Shown here piece after piece: positions 24,454 through 32,000 of a stretch of 32,000 bases of DNA. Within the stretch, counting starts at the first letter, position 1, and each line of letters begins with the position of its first letter. The stretch is taken from the NCBI GenBank assembly GCA_003056265.1, contig NBVN01000002.1:612032-644031 (forward strand). The letters are read 5' to 3'. This stretch comes from Zestosphaera tikiterensis. GTDB taxonomy: Archaea; Thermoproteota; Thermoprotei_A; Sulfolobales; NBVN01. The notes beneath the pieces are model-generated. The model saw only the letters and a program-made list of their open reading frames with translations, did no database searches and had not been told where the DNA came from. Both the position numbers and the translations under genes were made by a program.

Positions 24454-25115
24454 TAAAACTCGTTAACGTGTGGTTTAAATACGTCGGCGGTAGGGAATGG
24501 GTTTTAAAGGACGTTAACTTAGAGTTCCGTAGAGGTGAGGTAGTTGTTTTAAGGGGTCCCAACGCCTCCGGTAAAACTACTTTAATGAAGGTTGCATCCC
24601 TAATATACAAGCCGAGTAAAGGTTCTGTAGTTGTTAACGATGACATGGATGTTTGGAGTAGAGGCGGTGATTACCTAGTAAAGTATAGGAGGATGGTTAC
24701 GTACGTTTCTGAAAAGCCCGTCATGTTTAAAGGGACTGTATACGATAACATAGCGTATGGACTTACGCTAAGGAACTACAGCTTAAGCGAAGTCGAGAGG
24801 AGAGTTTACGAGGTTTCCCGTAAGTTAGGTATAGAGCATATGCTCGATAAAGACGTTAAGGTTTTATCGGCTGGTGAGAAGCAGGTAGTTTCGTTAGCTA
24901 GGGCGTTAGTCCTCACGCCAGCGATTATGTTCCTTGACGAGCCATTAACTAACGTAGATGAAGACAGGAGGAAAACCGTCATTAACGCGCTGAAGGAGTT
25001 TAAATCCTTAGGTTCTGGTTTGGTGATAGCTACGCATCTCTATGAGGGGTTGGACGAGATAAACCCAGATAAGGTGGTTATCTTGAAAAACGGTGTGGTA
25101 GTTAAGATTACTTAA
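24450..25115 (+). CDS. tupC: ABC transporter ATP-binding protein, TupC-type
   Basis: The ORF track starts at 24420. I prefer the in-frame ATG 24450, which overlaps the tupB stop (ATGA) and gives MIKLVNVWFKY. It has Walker A (GPNASGKTT), the ABC signature (LSAGEKQ) and Walker B (IMFLDEP). Confidence 0.8.
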   Translation: MIKLVNVWFKYVGGREWVLKDVNLEFRRGEVVVLRGPNASGKTTLMKVASLIYKPSKGSVVVNDDMDVWSRGGDYLVKYRRMVTYVSEKPVMFKGTVYDNIAYGLTLRNYSLSEVERRVYEVSRKLGIEHMLDKDVKVLSAGEKQVVSLARALVLTPAIMFLDEPLTNVDEDRRKTVINALKEFKSLGSGLVIATHLYEGLDEINPDKVVILKNGVVVKIT

Positions 25116-25135
25116 TGATGTAAATCTCAATGTCG

Positions 25136-26023
25136 TTAACTACTACGTAACCTTGGGTTGAAATACTCTTCAAGCGATAAACCCATGAAAAGCACTGAAA
25201 GAACTGCTACTGAAATCATTATGCCCGGCGGTAAGAACCACCACCAATAACCGAGTAAAACAGCGTATCTAGCCATCGCGTAATGCAGCATCATACCCCA
25301 ACTCTTGGTTGTCGGGTCTCCAAGACCTAAGAAGCTTAAGGAAGCTTCTGAAAGCATAGCTCCTGAAGCTCTATATATGATCTCAGCTACGATGAGGGAT
25401 GAAATGTTAGGCAGTATATGCTTAAATATAATGCTCAAGTTAGACAGGCCTACAGCTCGAGCAGCCTCTATGTAAGGCCTTTCTTTAATGCTCAACGTTG
25501 CGGATCTAACAACTCTAGCTACTGCCGGCCATGAAGTAAGAGCTATAGCTATCACTATAGCATAAATCATCGGCACTCCCTTCATTTTAATGAATACCGC
25601 TGCGAGGAATATAGTAAATAACAACTGCGGTAACGACAGCCAAATATCGACTAACGCCGATAGAACGTTATCCACGGTACCTCCGAAGAACCCTGCTGCG
25701 AGACCTACTAAAGCACCTACTAAAGTACCTATTGCGGCAGCGAGGAAACCTATAAATAAAGACACTCTAGTGCCGTATATAAGTTCGCTTAATATGTCTT
25801 GACCTATGTCGTTAGTACCTAAGGGATGTTCTGGAGACGGCGGTTGAAAAGGTGCTCCACTCCTAGCGTATGGGTCGTAAGGAGCTATATAAGGAGCGAA
25901 GACAGCAACGATCACAAGCCCTAAAAACATCGCTAAACCGACGACTCCCACCTTCCTCATAGATAAGGCAATCCAAAACTCCTTAACGAAATTTAAGATT
26001 TTAGAACTGATGTTTGAACTCAT
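25136..26023 (-). CDS. Dpp/Opp-type ABC transporter permease (DppC/OppC-like)
   Basis: 295-aa ORF with the HPLGTNDIGQDILSEL motif (compare LGTD..GRD.ls), 6 TM segments and an EAA-like loop (IEAARAVGLSNLSIIFKHILPN). Confidence 0.85.
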   Translation of the reverse strand: MSSNISSKILNFVKEFWIALSMRKVGVVGLAMFLGLVIVAVFAPYIAPYDPYARSGAPFQPPSPEHPLGTNDIGQDILSELIYGTRVSLFIGFLAAAIGTLVGALVGLAAGFFGGTVDNVLSALVDIWLSLPQLLFTIFLAAVFIKMKGVPMIYAIVIAIALTSWPAVARVVRSATLSIKERPYIEAARAVGLSNLSIIFKHILPNISSLIVAEIIYRASGAMLSEASLSFLGLGDPTTKSWGMMLHYAMARYAVLLGYWWWFLPPGIMISVAVLSVLFMGLSLEEYFNPRLRSS

Positions 26024-26029
26024 GAAGCA

Positions 26030-27004
26030 TCACCCACGCCTAACCCTCGGATCTAAGTACATGTAGATTAAGTCTATGATGAAGTTAACTATAATGACGC
26101 TTGCTGCTAAGATAACCATGGCTCCCTGAAGTAACCAGTAATCCCTACTTATGATGGCTTCGTAAACGAGTCTCCCGGTCCCCGGGTAGCTGAACACCGT
26201 TTCAGTTAGTATGGCCCCGTCGATTATGAACGCGTATCTTAAACCTAATACGGTTACTATAGGTAGTAATGCGTTTCTAGCTACGTACTTATACTTGACG
26301 TAGTTGTTTGAGAAGCCCCTTGCTATGGCTGCGAACACGTAGTCCTCACCTAAGATATCTATGGTTGAGTTTCGAACGTATAGCATGTAAGACAACGCTG
26401 ATCTTAAAGTTAATACGGTGAATGGTAACGCGTAATGCCATAAGTAATCTATGAACCATTCGAGAGTCCATGAGAAGCTCATACCAGGGCTTACAGCCCC
26501 GAAGATAGGGGTAATTCCTAACGCTACTGAAAAGCCGTAGAGGAAGAGTATAGCTAACCAGAAGTAAGGTACTGAACTCATGAAAATCGATAAAACTATT
26601 AAAGCTGAAGAGACCTTACTGGTTCTTCTCCAAGCGATTTCAACGCCGATTCTGTAAGCTAGGTAATTAGATAGGGTTATAGACGGAATCAACAATGCCA
26701 GCGTATAAGGAAGCTTCTCTAGGATTACATCCTCAACAGCTCTTTTATAAGTAACTGAATACCCGAACTTACCGTATAGAAACATATTCTTCAGGAAGTC
26801 TAAGTACTGCATGTGAGGGGGTTTGTCTAAACCGAATAGCGCTTTAATGGATGCTATAACCTCCGGAGTCATTCTAGGGTCGTTCTCCAACTCAGCTAGA
26901 GGATCGCCAGTTAACCTAGCTAGGAAAAAAACTAAGGTTATGATGAAGAAGAAAGTAATGAAGGAAAAAACAATCCTTCTTGTTAAGTGAGCTCTTACGG
27001 TCAC
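26030..27004 (-). CDS. Dpp/Opp-type ABC transporter permease (DppB/OppB-like)
   Basis: 324-aa ORF with a typical DppB N-terminus (RIVFSFITFFFIITLVFFLARLTGDP), the block DYVFAAIARGFSNNYVKYKYVARNALLPIVT and a C-terminal DPRVR. Confidence 0.85.
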   Translation of the reverse strand: MTVRAHLTRRIVFSFITFFFIITLVFFLARLTGDPLAELENDPRMTPEVIASIKALFGLDKPPHMQYLDFLKNMFLYGKFGYSVTYKRAVEDVILEKLPYTLALLIPSITLSNYLAYRIGVEIAWRRTSKVSSALIVLSIFMSSVPYFWLAILFLYGFSVALGITPIFGAVSPGMSFSWTLEWFIDYLWHYALPFTVLTLRSALSYMLYVRNSTIDILGEDYVFAAIARGFSNNYVKYKYVARNALLPIVTVLGLRYAFIIDGAILTETVFSYPGTGRLVYEAIISRDYWLLQGAMVILAASVIIVNFIIDLIYMYLDPRVRRG

Positions 27005-27008
27005 GAAA

Positions 27009-28919
27009 TCACCTTCTTCTCAACGCTATGAAAGCAACTGAACCTATAACCACGATAATCACTACGGCAGCAACTATAGCTAATGTAGGTAACTCACCAG
27101 CAGTTGTAACTACGGTAGTCACTACGGTAGTTGGCGGTTGCGTTACCGTCGTGACCAACTGCGTTTGAGTTACTTGAGTGACTACCGTAGTAACCACCGA
27201 TGTAGCTGGTGTTGTTGGGCATTTCTCTAGCTTTAAAGAGAGCCTTAGGTAAGTTACTCTGTTGTAAACTTCATCATCAGCGGGTCTAAACCAGTTATCG
27301 AATTTATCCGTTCTATAAGGAACTGGAAACTGACGGTAGTACAGCGTTATTACCGGCACTTTATCTGCTAAGATCTCCTGAATCTTCCAAGCGATTTCCT
27401 TCCTCTTATCAGGATCGAACGTAACCTTAAGCTCCTCAGTCAATTTATCTACTTCAGGATCTGAAAATCTAGCCCAATTACCGGCTCCATCTGGTCGTGA
27501 ATGGAACCTATAATGCAGCCATGAGATGTCCGGGTCAACGCTACTTCCAAGCAACCATGACTGCACCTTACCTTCTCTTATGTTTGGCCATACGGCAGTC
27601 CAATCAGCTGCTCTAGGTATTATTTTAATTCCTCCGCCTGGGATTTTAGAAAGCTGTTCGGCAAGTATCTGAGCTATTCTAACTCTGACTATGTCGTATG
27701 AAGGAGCATATACCTCTATCTCAACTGGTTGACCGTTTGGACCTTCCCTCCATCCATCACCGTTAACGTCTTTAAAGCCTAGTGAGTCTAAAATCTCAGC
27801 GGCTTTATTAGGGTCGTATTTCCACTTATCGGCTACGTTTGGGTTATACCATTCAGCGCCGAAGCCTATTGGTGGTACAACTCCAGGACTACCGACTAAT
27901 CCATAACCCATTAAAACATCTCTAACTATAGCTTCTCTATTGACAGCTAGGGCAAGAGCCTTTCTGAAGTCGGAGATGTTCGTAGGCCACATTAAGTTGT
28001 TTAAACCCCAATGGTAGAAGTATTGTGACGTGTAGGTGTGGACGCCAACATTAGGCGTTGCGAGAAGTTGAGGAACAACTTCAGGCGTTATGAAGCTCAC
28101 CGAGAGGGTATCCACATCACCTCTTTGAAGTGCGAGTATCTGTACTGAAGCCTCGCTGATGAAAACCATAGTTATTTCGTCTATGCAGGGTCTTCCAAGC
28201 CAATAATCCTTATTAACCACGTACTTAACGTGTTGGCCTGGGACATACTCAACGAATTTAAAGGGTCCGGAGCCTATTAATTCAGTAGCCTTGGGTGAGT
28301 ATTTAGCTAGCTCGTCGCCTTTCTCTTTAAGTAGAGGCTCCCAAATATGCTTAGGCATTATGTTCATCGACGCTAACGCTGTGTATATAAAGCCAGCATC
28401 CGGAGCTTTGAAGTATACGTTAACTGTATATTTATCCACAGCAACAGCTTTATCGACGTTTACATAATATCCATGCGAGTAAGTCCAAGTCTTATTAGTT
28501 AACACATTTATTGTGAAGGCAACGTCTTCCGCTGTTAACTCTAAACCATCATGCCATTTAACTCCCTGCCTTATCTTTATGGTTAAGGTTTTGTAGTCTG
28601 GTGAGTACTGCATAGATGTGGCTAATTCCCAAGTAAGTGTGCCGTTAATTATCCTAACGAGTCTGTCATATATTGGCTCAAGTATAGTTAATTCAACGCT
28701 AGCACCGGCGACGAACCAGTTAAGAGTGTTTGGCTCGCCGGATAAAGCAACCTTAAGCGAACCACCGTAACATTTGCAAGGGGCTAACCACTTATCATAA
28801 GTCACAGCATTAACTGTTGTTTGAGCGTTAACTTGCTGTGTAGTTATAGGAGCTAAAGATGTGAGGATAGCCAATACGATTAAGGCCGGGATTAATAGAT
28901 GTTTTAACTTACCATTCAT
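27009..28919 (-). CDS. ABC transporter substrate-binding protein, family 5 (peptide/nickel/oligosaccharide type), with Thr/Val-rich stalk and C-terminal TM anchor
   Basis: 636-aa ORF with a signal peptide (MNGKLKHLLIPALIVLAILTSLAPITT) and a family-5 SBP-like body (GSGPFKFVEY, KDYW). The C-terminal stalk TTPATSVVTTVVTQVTQTQLVTTVTQPPTTVVTTVVTT is followed by a hydrophobic anchor and RRR. A strong SD (GGAGGT, 28933-28928) lies 8 nt upstream of the ATG. Confidence 0.85.
   Translation of the reverse strand: MNGKLKHLLIPALIVLAILTSLAPITTQQVNAQTTVNAVTYDKWLAPCKCYGGSLKVALSGEPNTLNWFVAGASVELTILEPIYDRLVRIINGTLTWELATSMQYSPDYKTLTIKIRQGVKWHDGLELTAEDVAFTINVLTNKTWTYSHGYYVNVDKAVAVDKYTVNVYFKAPDAGFIYTALASMNIMPKHIWEPLLKEKGDELAKYSPKATELIGSGPFKFVEYVPGQHVKYVVNKDYWLGRPCIDEITMVFISEASVQILALQRGDVDTLSVSFITPEVVPQLLATPNVGVHTYTSQYFYHWGLNNLMWPTNISDFRKALALAVNREAIVRDVLMGYGLVGSPGVVPPIGFGAEWYNPNVADKWKYDPNKAAEILDSLGFKDVNGDGWREGPNGQPVEIEVYAPSYDIVRVRIAQILAEQLSKIPGGGIKIIPRAADWTAVWPNIREGKVQSWLLGSSVDPDISWLHYRFHSRPDGAGNWARFSDPEVDKLTEELKVTFDPDKRKEIAWKIQEILADKVPVITLYYRQFPVPYRTDKFDNWFRPADDEVYNRVTYLRLSLKLEKCPTTPATSVVTTVVTQVTQTQLVTTVTQPPTTVVTTVVTTAGELPTLAIVAAVVIIVVIGSVAFIALRRR
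27109..27191. repeat. Three copies of an 11-nt palindromic unit ACTAC[G/C]GTAGT inside the Thr/Val-stalk coding region
   Basis: The copies lie at 27109-27119, 27121-27131 and 27181-27191. The unit encodes T-T-V-V on either strand. Confidence 0.7.
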
Positions 28920-28972
28920 ATAGGTTTACCTCCTGTAAAGTTTTTCTGCGGAAATAAAAGCTTTGCTGTCTT

Positions 28973-28994
28973 CAATTATAAATAACATTTATTG
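28973..28994 (-). promoter_or_regulatory. Candidate TATA-box promoter of the Dpp/Opp-type transporter operon
   Basis: On the minus strand the region reads caataaatgttatttataattg, about 55-75 nt upstream of the ATG at 28919, with the GGAGGT SD in between. Confidence 0.3.
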
Positions 28995-29040
28995 TAGCAT
29001 GTGACGTTAGTAAAATACTTCTAATCCGTTAAGAACATAT

Positions 29041-30414
29041 TCACTCCTCCCCAACTAAGGCTAGGTCGCTGTCTTTCTTTAGGACTGTATATATGGCTGT
29101 TAAGGTGGTTACGGCGCTTATGAAGCTGGTTACCTGCGTTAGGTCTTTAAGGGCTACGTCTTGCGTGTGGATGTTGAAGTCGTAGGTAAGCCATTCACCC
29201 GTTAATACGTTACTCCCTGAGATTATGATTGCTTGGGTTTCTATCGTGCCTGAGCCGTAGGTGAGGAATCCTCTACTGTCGTAAAGGCCTTTAAACGTTT
29301 TAATGTATGTTACTACGTTTACGTATCTATTGCCTACCCTAACCTTAGCGTCTAACCTTACGTTGGTTAGGCTTACTTCCTTACCGGCTTTAGATTCGTT
29401 ATATAGGAGGTCCGCCCCGTTAAGCCTGTTAAGTAAGATCCTCGTTGAGTCTAGAGGCACTCCAGATACGTCCACGCCAGCCGCGTTAATAGTTAAAACT
29501 ACGTAATCCCGTATTTCTGAGCCGTTCACGCTGTATTCGATGTTTAAGGTTTTCACCTCTCCTAGGTTTTGCGATGCGTAGGTCGTGTAAACACTCCCTA
29601 ACAACACGAGAGTCATTAAAATCGTTAAGACGTATTTGGATGTGTGGCTTAATCCCCTTACCTTAGGGTACGTTAGTATTAGAAACGGAAGCCTCTTAAA
29701 GTAGTTGAGCATCCTATACGTTTTAACTTTCTCGTAGTTGATTAACGCTGGAAGTAAAGCTATACCTGCTAGGAAACCCCCTGCGTGAGCGAAGACAGCA
29801 ACCTCACCAGCTACTCTAGCGTAGCCGTAAATAACTTGAGTAGCGAACCAGAAGATTAAGTAGAATGCGGCCCTCATAGAGAAGCATACGGGGTAGAAGA
29901 AGAATATAAAACACGCGGATAGTGAAGTCCCTGGGTAGAGGAGTAGGTACGCGCCTAAAACCCCGCTAATAGCTCCTGAAGCCCCAACAGCTGGTATGGC
30001 GAAGGAGTTTAAACCACCTAATAAGCTAAACGCCGTGTGGAATATGCTTGCCGCCACACCGGAAGCGAAGTACAGCAGTAAGTACCTGCCGTGACCTAAA
30101 GCGTCTTCAACAGCCCTACCGAATATGTAGAGGAAATACATGTTGAAGAATATGTGGAAGATATCGCCGTGTAGGAACATAGAAGTTAAAACCCTATATA
30201 GTTGGTATGGATCGCTTGCCAACGCAGGTACGTAACCTCCCGCGTTAACCCAATAATCGCTTAACTGAATGAAGAAGTTCTCATAACTCGTGATTAAGTA
30301 CACGATGACGTTCGCAACTATTATAGAGAGTGTTGCTTTAGGCCAGGTCCTTCTATAATACACCTCCCCGTAGGGGATACCCAAAGCTTTAACGATGCGA
30401 GACTTCAAACCCAT
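29041..30414 (-). CDS. Rhomboid-family intramembrane serine protease fused to a C-terminal TM / ~170-aa ectodomain / TM extension
   Basis: 457-aa ORF. The rhomboid motifs are HGDIFHIFFNMYFLYIFG (H..x..N), GASGAISGVLGAY (GxSG, catalytic Ser) and FAHAGGFLAG (catalytic His). Residues ~230-457 add two further TM segments flanking a beta-rich domain. Confidence 0.8.
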   Translation of the reverse strand: MGLKSRIVKALGIPYGEVYYRRTWPKATLSIIVANVIVYLITSYENFFIQLSDYWVNAGGYVPALASDPYQLYRVLTSMFLHGDIFHIFFNMYFLYIFGRAVEDALGHGRYLLLYFASGVAASIFHTAFSLLGGLNSFAIPAVGASGAISGVLGAYLLLYPGTSLSACFIFFFYPVCFSMRAAFYLIFWFATQVIYGYARVAGEVAVFAHAGGFLAGIALLPALINYEKVKTYRMLNYFKRLPFLILTYPKVRGLSHTSKYVLTILMTLVLLGSVYTTYASQNLGEVKTLNIEYSVNGSEIRDYVVLTINAAGVDVSGVPLDSTRILLNRLNGADLLYNESKAGKEVSLTNVRLDAKVRVGNRYVNVVTYIKTFKGLYDSRGFLTYGSGTIETQAIIISGSNVLTGEWLTYDFNIHTQDVALKDLTQVTSFISAVTTLTAIYTVLKKDSDLALVGEE

Positions 30415-30503
30415 CCTTAACCACTAATATATCTTGGTTATCCTTATTTAAATCAAGGCAGCAGAACTTATTAATTTAACCTAAAGTAAGTTATGGGGTC
30501 GTC

Positions 30504-31292
30504 ATGGGTATTGTGGAAGGTCTTAAAGTATTAGTTACGGCGTCAACGAGGGGTTTAGGTAGAGGTGCTGCTGAAGTTCTCTTAGATCAAGGAGCTTACG
30601 TAGTGATTAACGGTAGAAACCCAGAAAACGTAAGTAAAGCTCTTTCAGAGCTTAAGAGTAGATACGGTGAGAGAGTTCACGGTGTTGTAGCTGATTTAAC
30701 TTCTAAGGAGGACGTATACCGCCTTGTAGATGAGGCAGTTAAATACTTAGGAGGTCTTGACTCGTTAGTTTACATTACGGGACCGCCGAGACCGGGTAAG
30801 TTTACCGAGATAGGTGTTGATGAGTGGGAGTATAACGCTAGGTTGTTAATCCTTAACGCTATATGGTTGGTTAACGCCGCATTACCCCACCTTAGGAAAT
30901 CCTCCAACCCCTCAATAGTGTTCTCCACTAGCATAGCTGTTAAGGAACCCATACCTTACCTAGCTTTATCGAATGTATTGCGGATAGGCATACATGGATT
31001 GATGAAGACCTTAGCTAGGGAGTTAGCGCCTGAGGGGATTAGAGTTAATGCCGTACTCCCAGGCCATATAGAAACTGAAAGAAATAGGAGACTGATTGAG
31101 GATAGGGCATTAAGAGAAGGTAAAACGTATGAGGAGGTTTATAGGGAGTATGCTAGTGAAATACCTATGAGGAGGTTAGGGAAGCCAACGGAGTTTGGAT
31201 GGGTTGTAACGTTCCTAGTAAGTAAATACGCTTCCTACGTAACGGGTGCTTCAATACCTGTAGATGGTGGATTACTAAGATCTCACTTTTGA
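30504..31292 (+). CDS. Short-chain dehydrogenase/reductase (SDR) family oxidoreductase
   Basis: 262-aa ORF with a Rossmann motif (VLVTASTRGLGRGAA), a typical SDR C-terminal block (RLGKPTEFGWVVTFLVSKYASYVTGASIPVDGG) and the block IRVNAVLPG. Confidence 0.8.
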   Translation: MGIVEGLKVLVTASTRGLGRGAAEVLLDQGAYVVINGRNPENVSKALSELKSRYGERVHGVVADLTSKEDVYRLVDEAVKYLGGLDSLVYITGPPRPGKFTEIGVDEWEYNARLLILNAIWLVNAALPHLRKSSNPSIVFSTSIAVKEPIPYLALSNVLRIGIHGLMKTLARELAPEGIRVNAVLPGHIETERNRRLIEDRALREGKTYEEVYREYASEIPMRRLGKPTEFGWVVTFLVSKYASYVTGASIPVDGGLLRSHF

Positions 31293-31347
31293 TTAACTAC
31301 TGCGAGGAAATCATGAATTAGAAGTGTTTCAAGTATAAACAGATTTT

Positions 31348-31809
31348 TTAAGTTAACGTCGACACTTTAATGAAAGTGACTTCAAAATCCACGCACGTTG
31401 ATAGTGTTGAGTATGCGGCGCATTTCTTCTTAGCCTCGTTAATGATGTCCTCCGGGATATCCACGGTAGTTTTAACTAATATCTTAAACTTACTTAATCT
31501 AGCTACTCCGTTAATAACGTCTTCAGGTCTTGCGAAAGCCCCCACCTCAGCCACGAGGGAATCTACTTTAACGTTTTTTGTTTCAGCTATGTCTATGATT
31601 TTCTTAATGAAGCATGCCGCCACCATACTAACTAAGAAAGGTGTTTTTAGTGTGTCATAAAGTTTAAATGTTTTGAATGGTTTTAATTTTTGAGTGATGA
31701 TATAGTGTGTGAAATGTTGATCTCCTACCCTATGATCAGTTATGATGTGAGGGTTTTGGAGGATGATGTTCGATATGACGTTATCAAATGGGAGATGCGC
31801 GGCTTTCAC
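31348..31809 (-). CDS. OsmC/Ohr-family protein (putative peroxiredoxin-like)
   Basis: 153-aa ORF with a GTG start. Two conserved-Cys contexts typical of the OsmC family are present: TPFLVSMVAACFIKK and KKCAAYSTL. Size is appropriate. The call is by eye. Confidence 0.55.
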   Translation of the reverse strand: MKAAHLPFDNVISNIILQNPHIITDHRVGDQHFTHYIITQKLKPFKTFKLYDTLKTPFLVSMVAACFIKKIIDIAETKNVKVDSLVAEVGAFARPEDVINGVARLSKFKILVKTTVDIPEDIINEAKKKCAAYSTLSTCVDFEVTFIKVSTLT

Positions 31810-31886
31810 CTCGACAGAATCCCATGGAGTACGGATGAAATCTATAAAATAGAGTTGAAGATATCATCTTTGTTTTGGTGGTTTAA

Positions 31887-31899
31887 ATAACTGAGTTAT
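31887..31899. promoter_or_regulatory. Palindromic operator-like site ATAAC-TGA-GTTAT (copy 1)
   Basis: 5-3-5 inverted repeat with a shared 5' flank (TTAA) in the divergent intergenic region between the OsmC-like gene and the next + strand gene. Confidence 0.4.
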
Positions 31900-31936
31900 A
31901 CGTGAGAACCGACAAGTAAAACTTATATTTGCTTAA

Positions 31937-31949
31937 ATAACTAGGTTAT
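31937..31949. promoter_or_regulatory. Palindromic operator-like site ATAAC-TAG-GTTAT (copy 2)
   Basis: Second copy, 50 nt downstream of copy 1. It lies between a TATA-like box (cttatattt, ~31922-31930) and ATG 31961. Confidence 0.4.
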
Positions 31950-31960
31950 TCGGTGGCTAA

Positions 31961-32000
31961 ATGAAGACTTCCTACTGTGAGGTCTACATTAGGTATATAC
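31961..32000 (+). CDS. 5' end of an unidentified CDS running off the window (MKTSYCEVYIRYI...)
   Basis: The ATG is preceded by GGTGG (SD-like) and a TATA-like box. Only 13 codons are visible. Confidence 0.3.
   Translation, partial: MKTSYCEVYIRYI

Noticed and set aside
26980-27168. + strand ORF encoding AVVTTVVTTVV...
   Set aside because: It is explained by the palindromic ACTACSGTAGT codon units of the minus-strand SBP stalk, which read Thr/Val on both strands. It also overlaps the permease start and the SBP stop.
30930-31030. SDR appears to lack the canonical YxxxK (by-eye alignment puts S and R at the Tyr and Lys positions: PYLALSNVLRIGIHGLMKTLAREL)
   Set aside because: Alignment by eye across this loop is unreliable, since a one-turn insertion would restore a Tyr. 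It needs a profile alignment before any claim of an atypical or inactive SDR.
24374-31890. ORFs 24374..24646 (-), 25590..25802 (+), 29303..29506 (+), 30770..30952 (-), 31370..31660 (+), 31690..31890 (+)
   Set aside because: These are antisense to tupB/tupC, the DppC-like permease, the rhomboid, the SDR and the OsmC-like genes. ORF 31690..31890 additionally runs through the divergent promoter. None has a credible start context.
1-32000. Searched for CRISPR arrays, tRNA/rRNA genes, transposases/integrases, toxin-antitoxin pairs and recognisable defence genes
   Set aside because: No direct-repeat/spacer array is present. No intergenic region is long and GC-rich enough for a tRNA; the longest gaps are 2147-2367 and 31810-31960, and both are AT-rich promoter-like. 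No ORF carries DDE, tyrosine-recombinase or nuclease hallmarks that I can recognise.

Overview
This is a densely coding 32-kb window with about 33 genes on both strands. I found no rRNA, tRNA, CRISPR array, transposase or integrase. The gene content points to an archaeon, most likely a thermophilic crenarchaeon (Thermoproteota). Supporting this are an archaeal-type D-aminoacyl-tRNA deacylase, a geranylgeranyl reductase with the PCG[DG]A motif, and a multi-cluster radical-SAM protein resembling tetraether lipid synthase. Also consistent are a Ser/His archaeal-type signal peptidase I, a tungsten-type aldehyde:ferredoxin oxidoreductase, AT-rich TATA-like boxes 25-45 nt ahead of starts, GGAGGT/GGTGA Shine-Dalgarno motifs, and a solute-binding protein with a Thr/Val stalk plus C-terminal membrane anchor.

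Housekeeping and accessory content:
- An HTH_10 regulator.
- A KaiC/RadA-like ATPase translationally coupled to an HTH/coiled-coil protein.
- An S9 prolyl-oligopeptidase-family peptidase.
- A ferredoxin / AOR / MoaD-like (-GG) operon.
- An MBL-fold hydrolase and dtdA.
- A geranylgeranyl reductase convergent with the Tes-like radical-SAM gene.
- A TupABC-type tungstate ABC importer.
- A Dpp/Opp-type ABC importer that lacks ATPase genes.
- A rhomboid protease with a large C-terminal fusion, an SDR oxidoreductase and an OsmC-like protein.

The most interesting region is a 9.6-kb same-strand block (13173-22823) of 11 genes, 10 of them predicted membrane or secreted proteins (all except the MoxR ATPase).
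- Module 1 has two secreted paralogs with near-identical predicted mature N-termini (SVF[AV]YY...GV.PPVVF). The second is interrupted by a T7 homopolymer frameshift and carries a lectin-like domain. They are followed by an archaeal signal peptidase I fused to a 270-aa extension and by a 4-TM protein. This layout resembles TasA/SipW and archaeal bundling-pilus loci.
- Module 2 is a translationally coupled operon: MoxR AAA+, DUF4129-like, polytopic membrane protein, mini membrane protein, DUF4350-like, DUF58.

I propose the block as a candidate, largely uncharacterised, cell-surface filament or matrix assembly system. All family assignments come from by-eye motif recognition only; no database search was possible.
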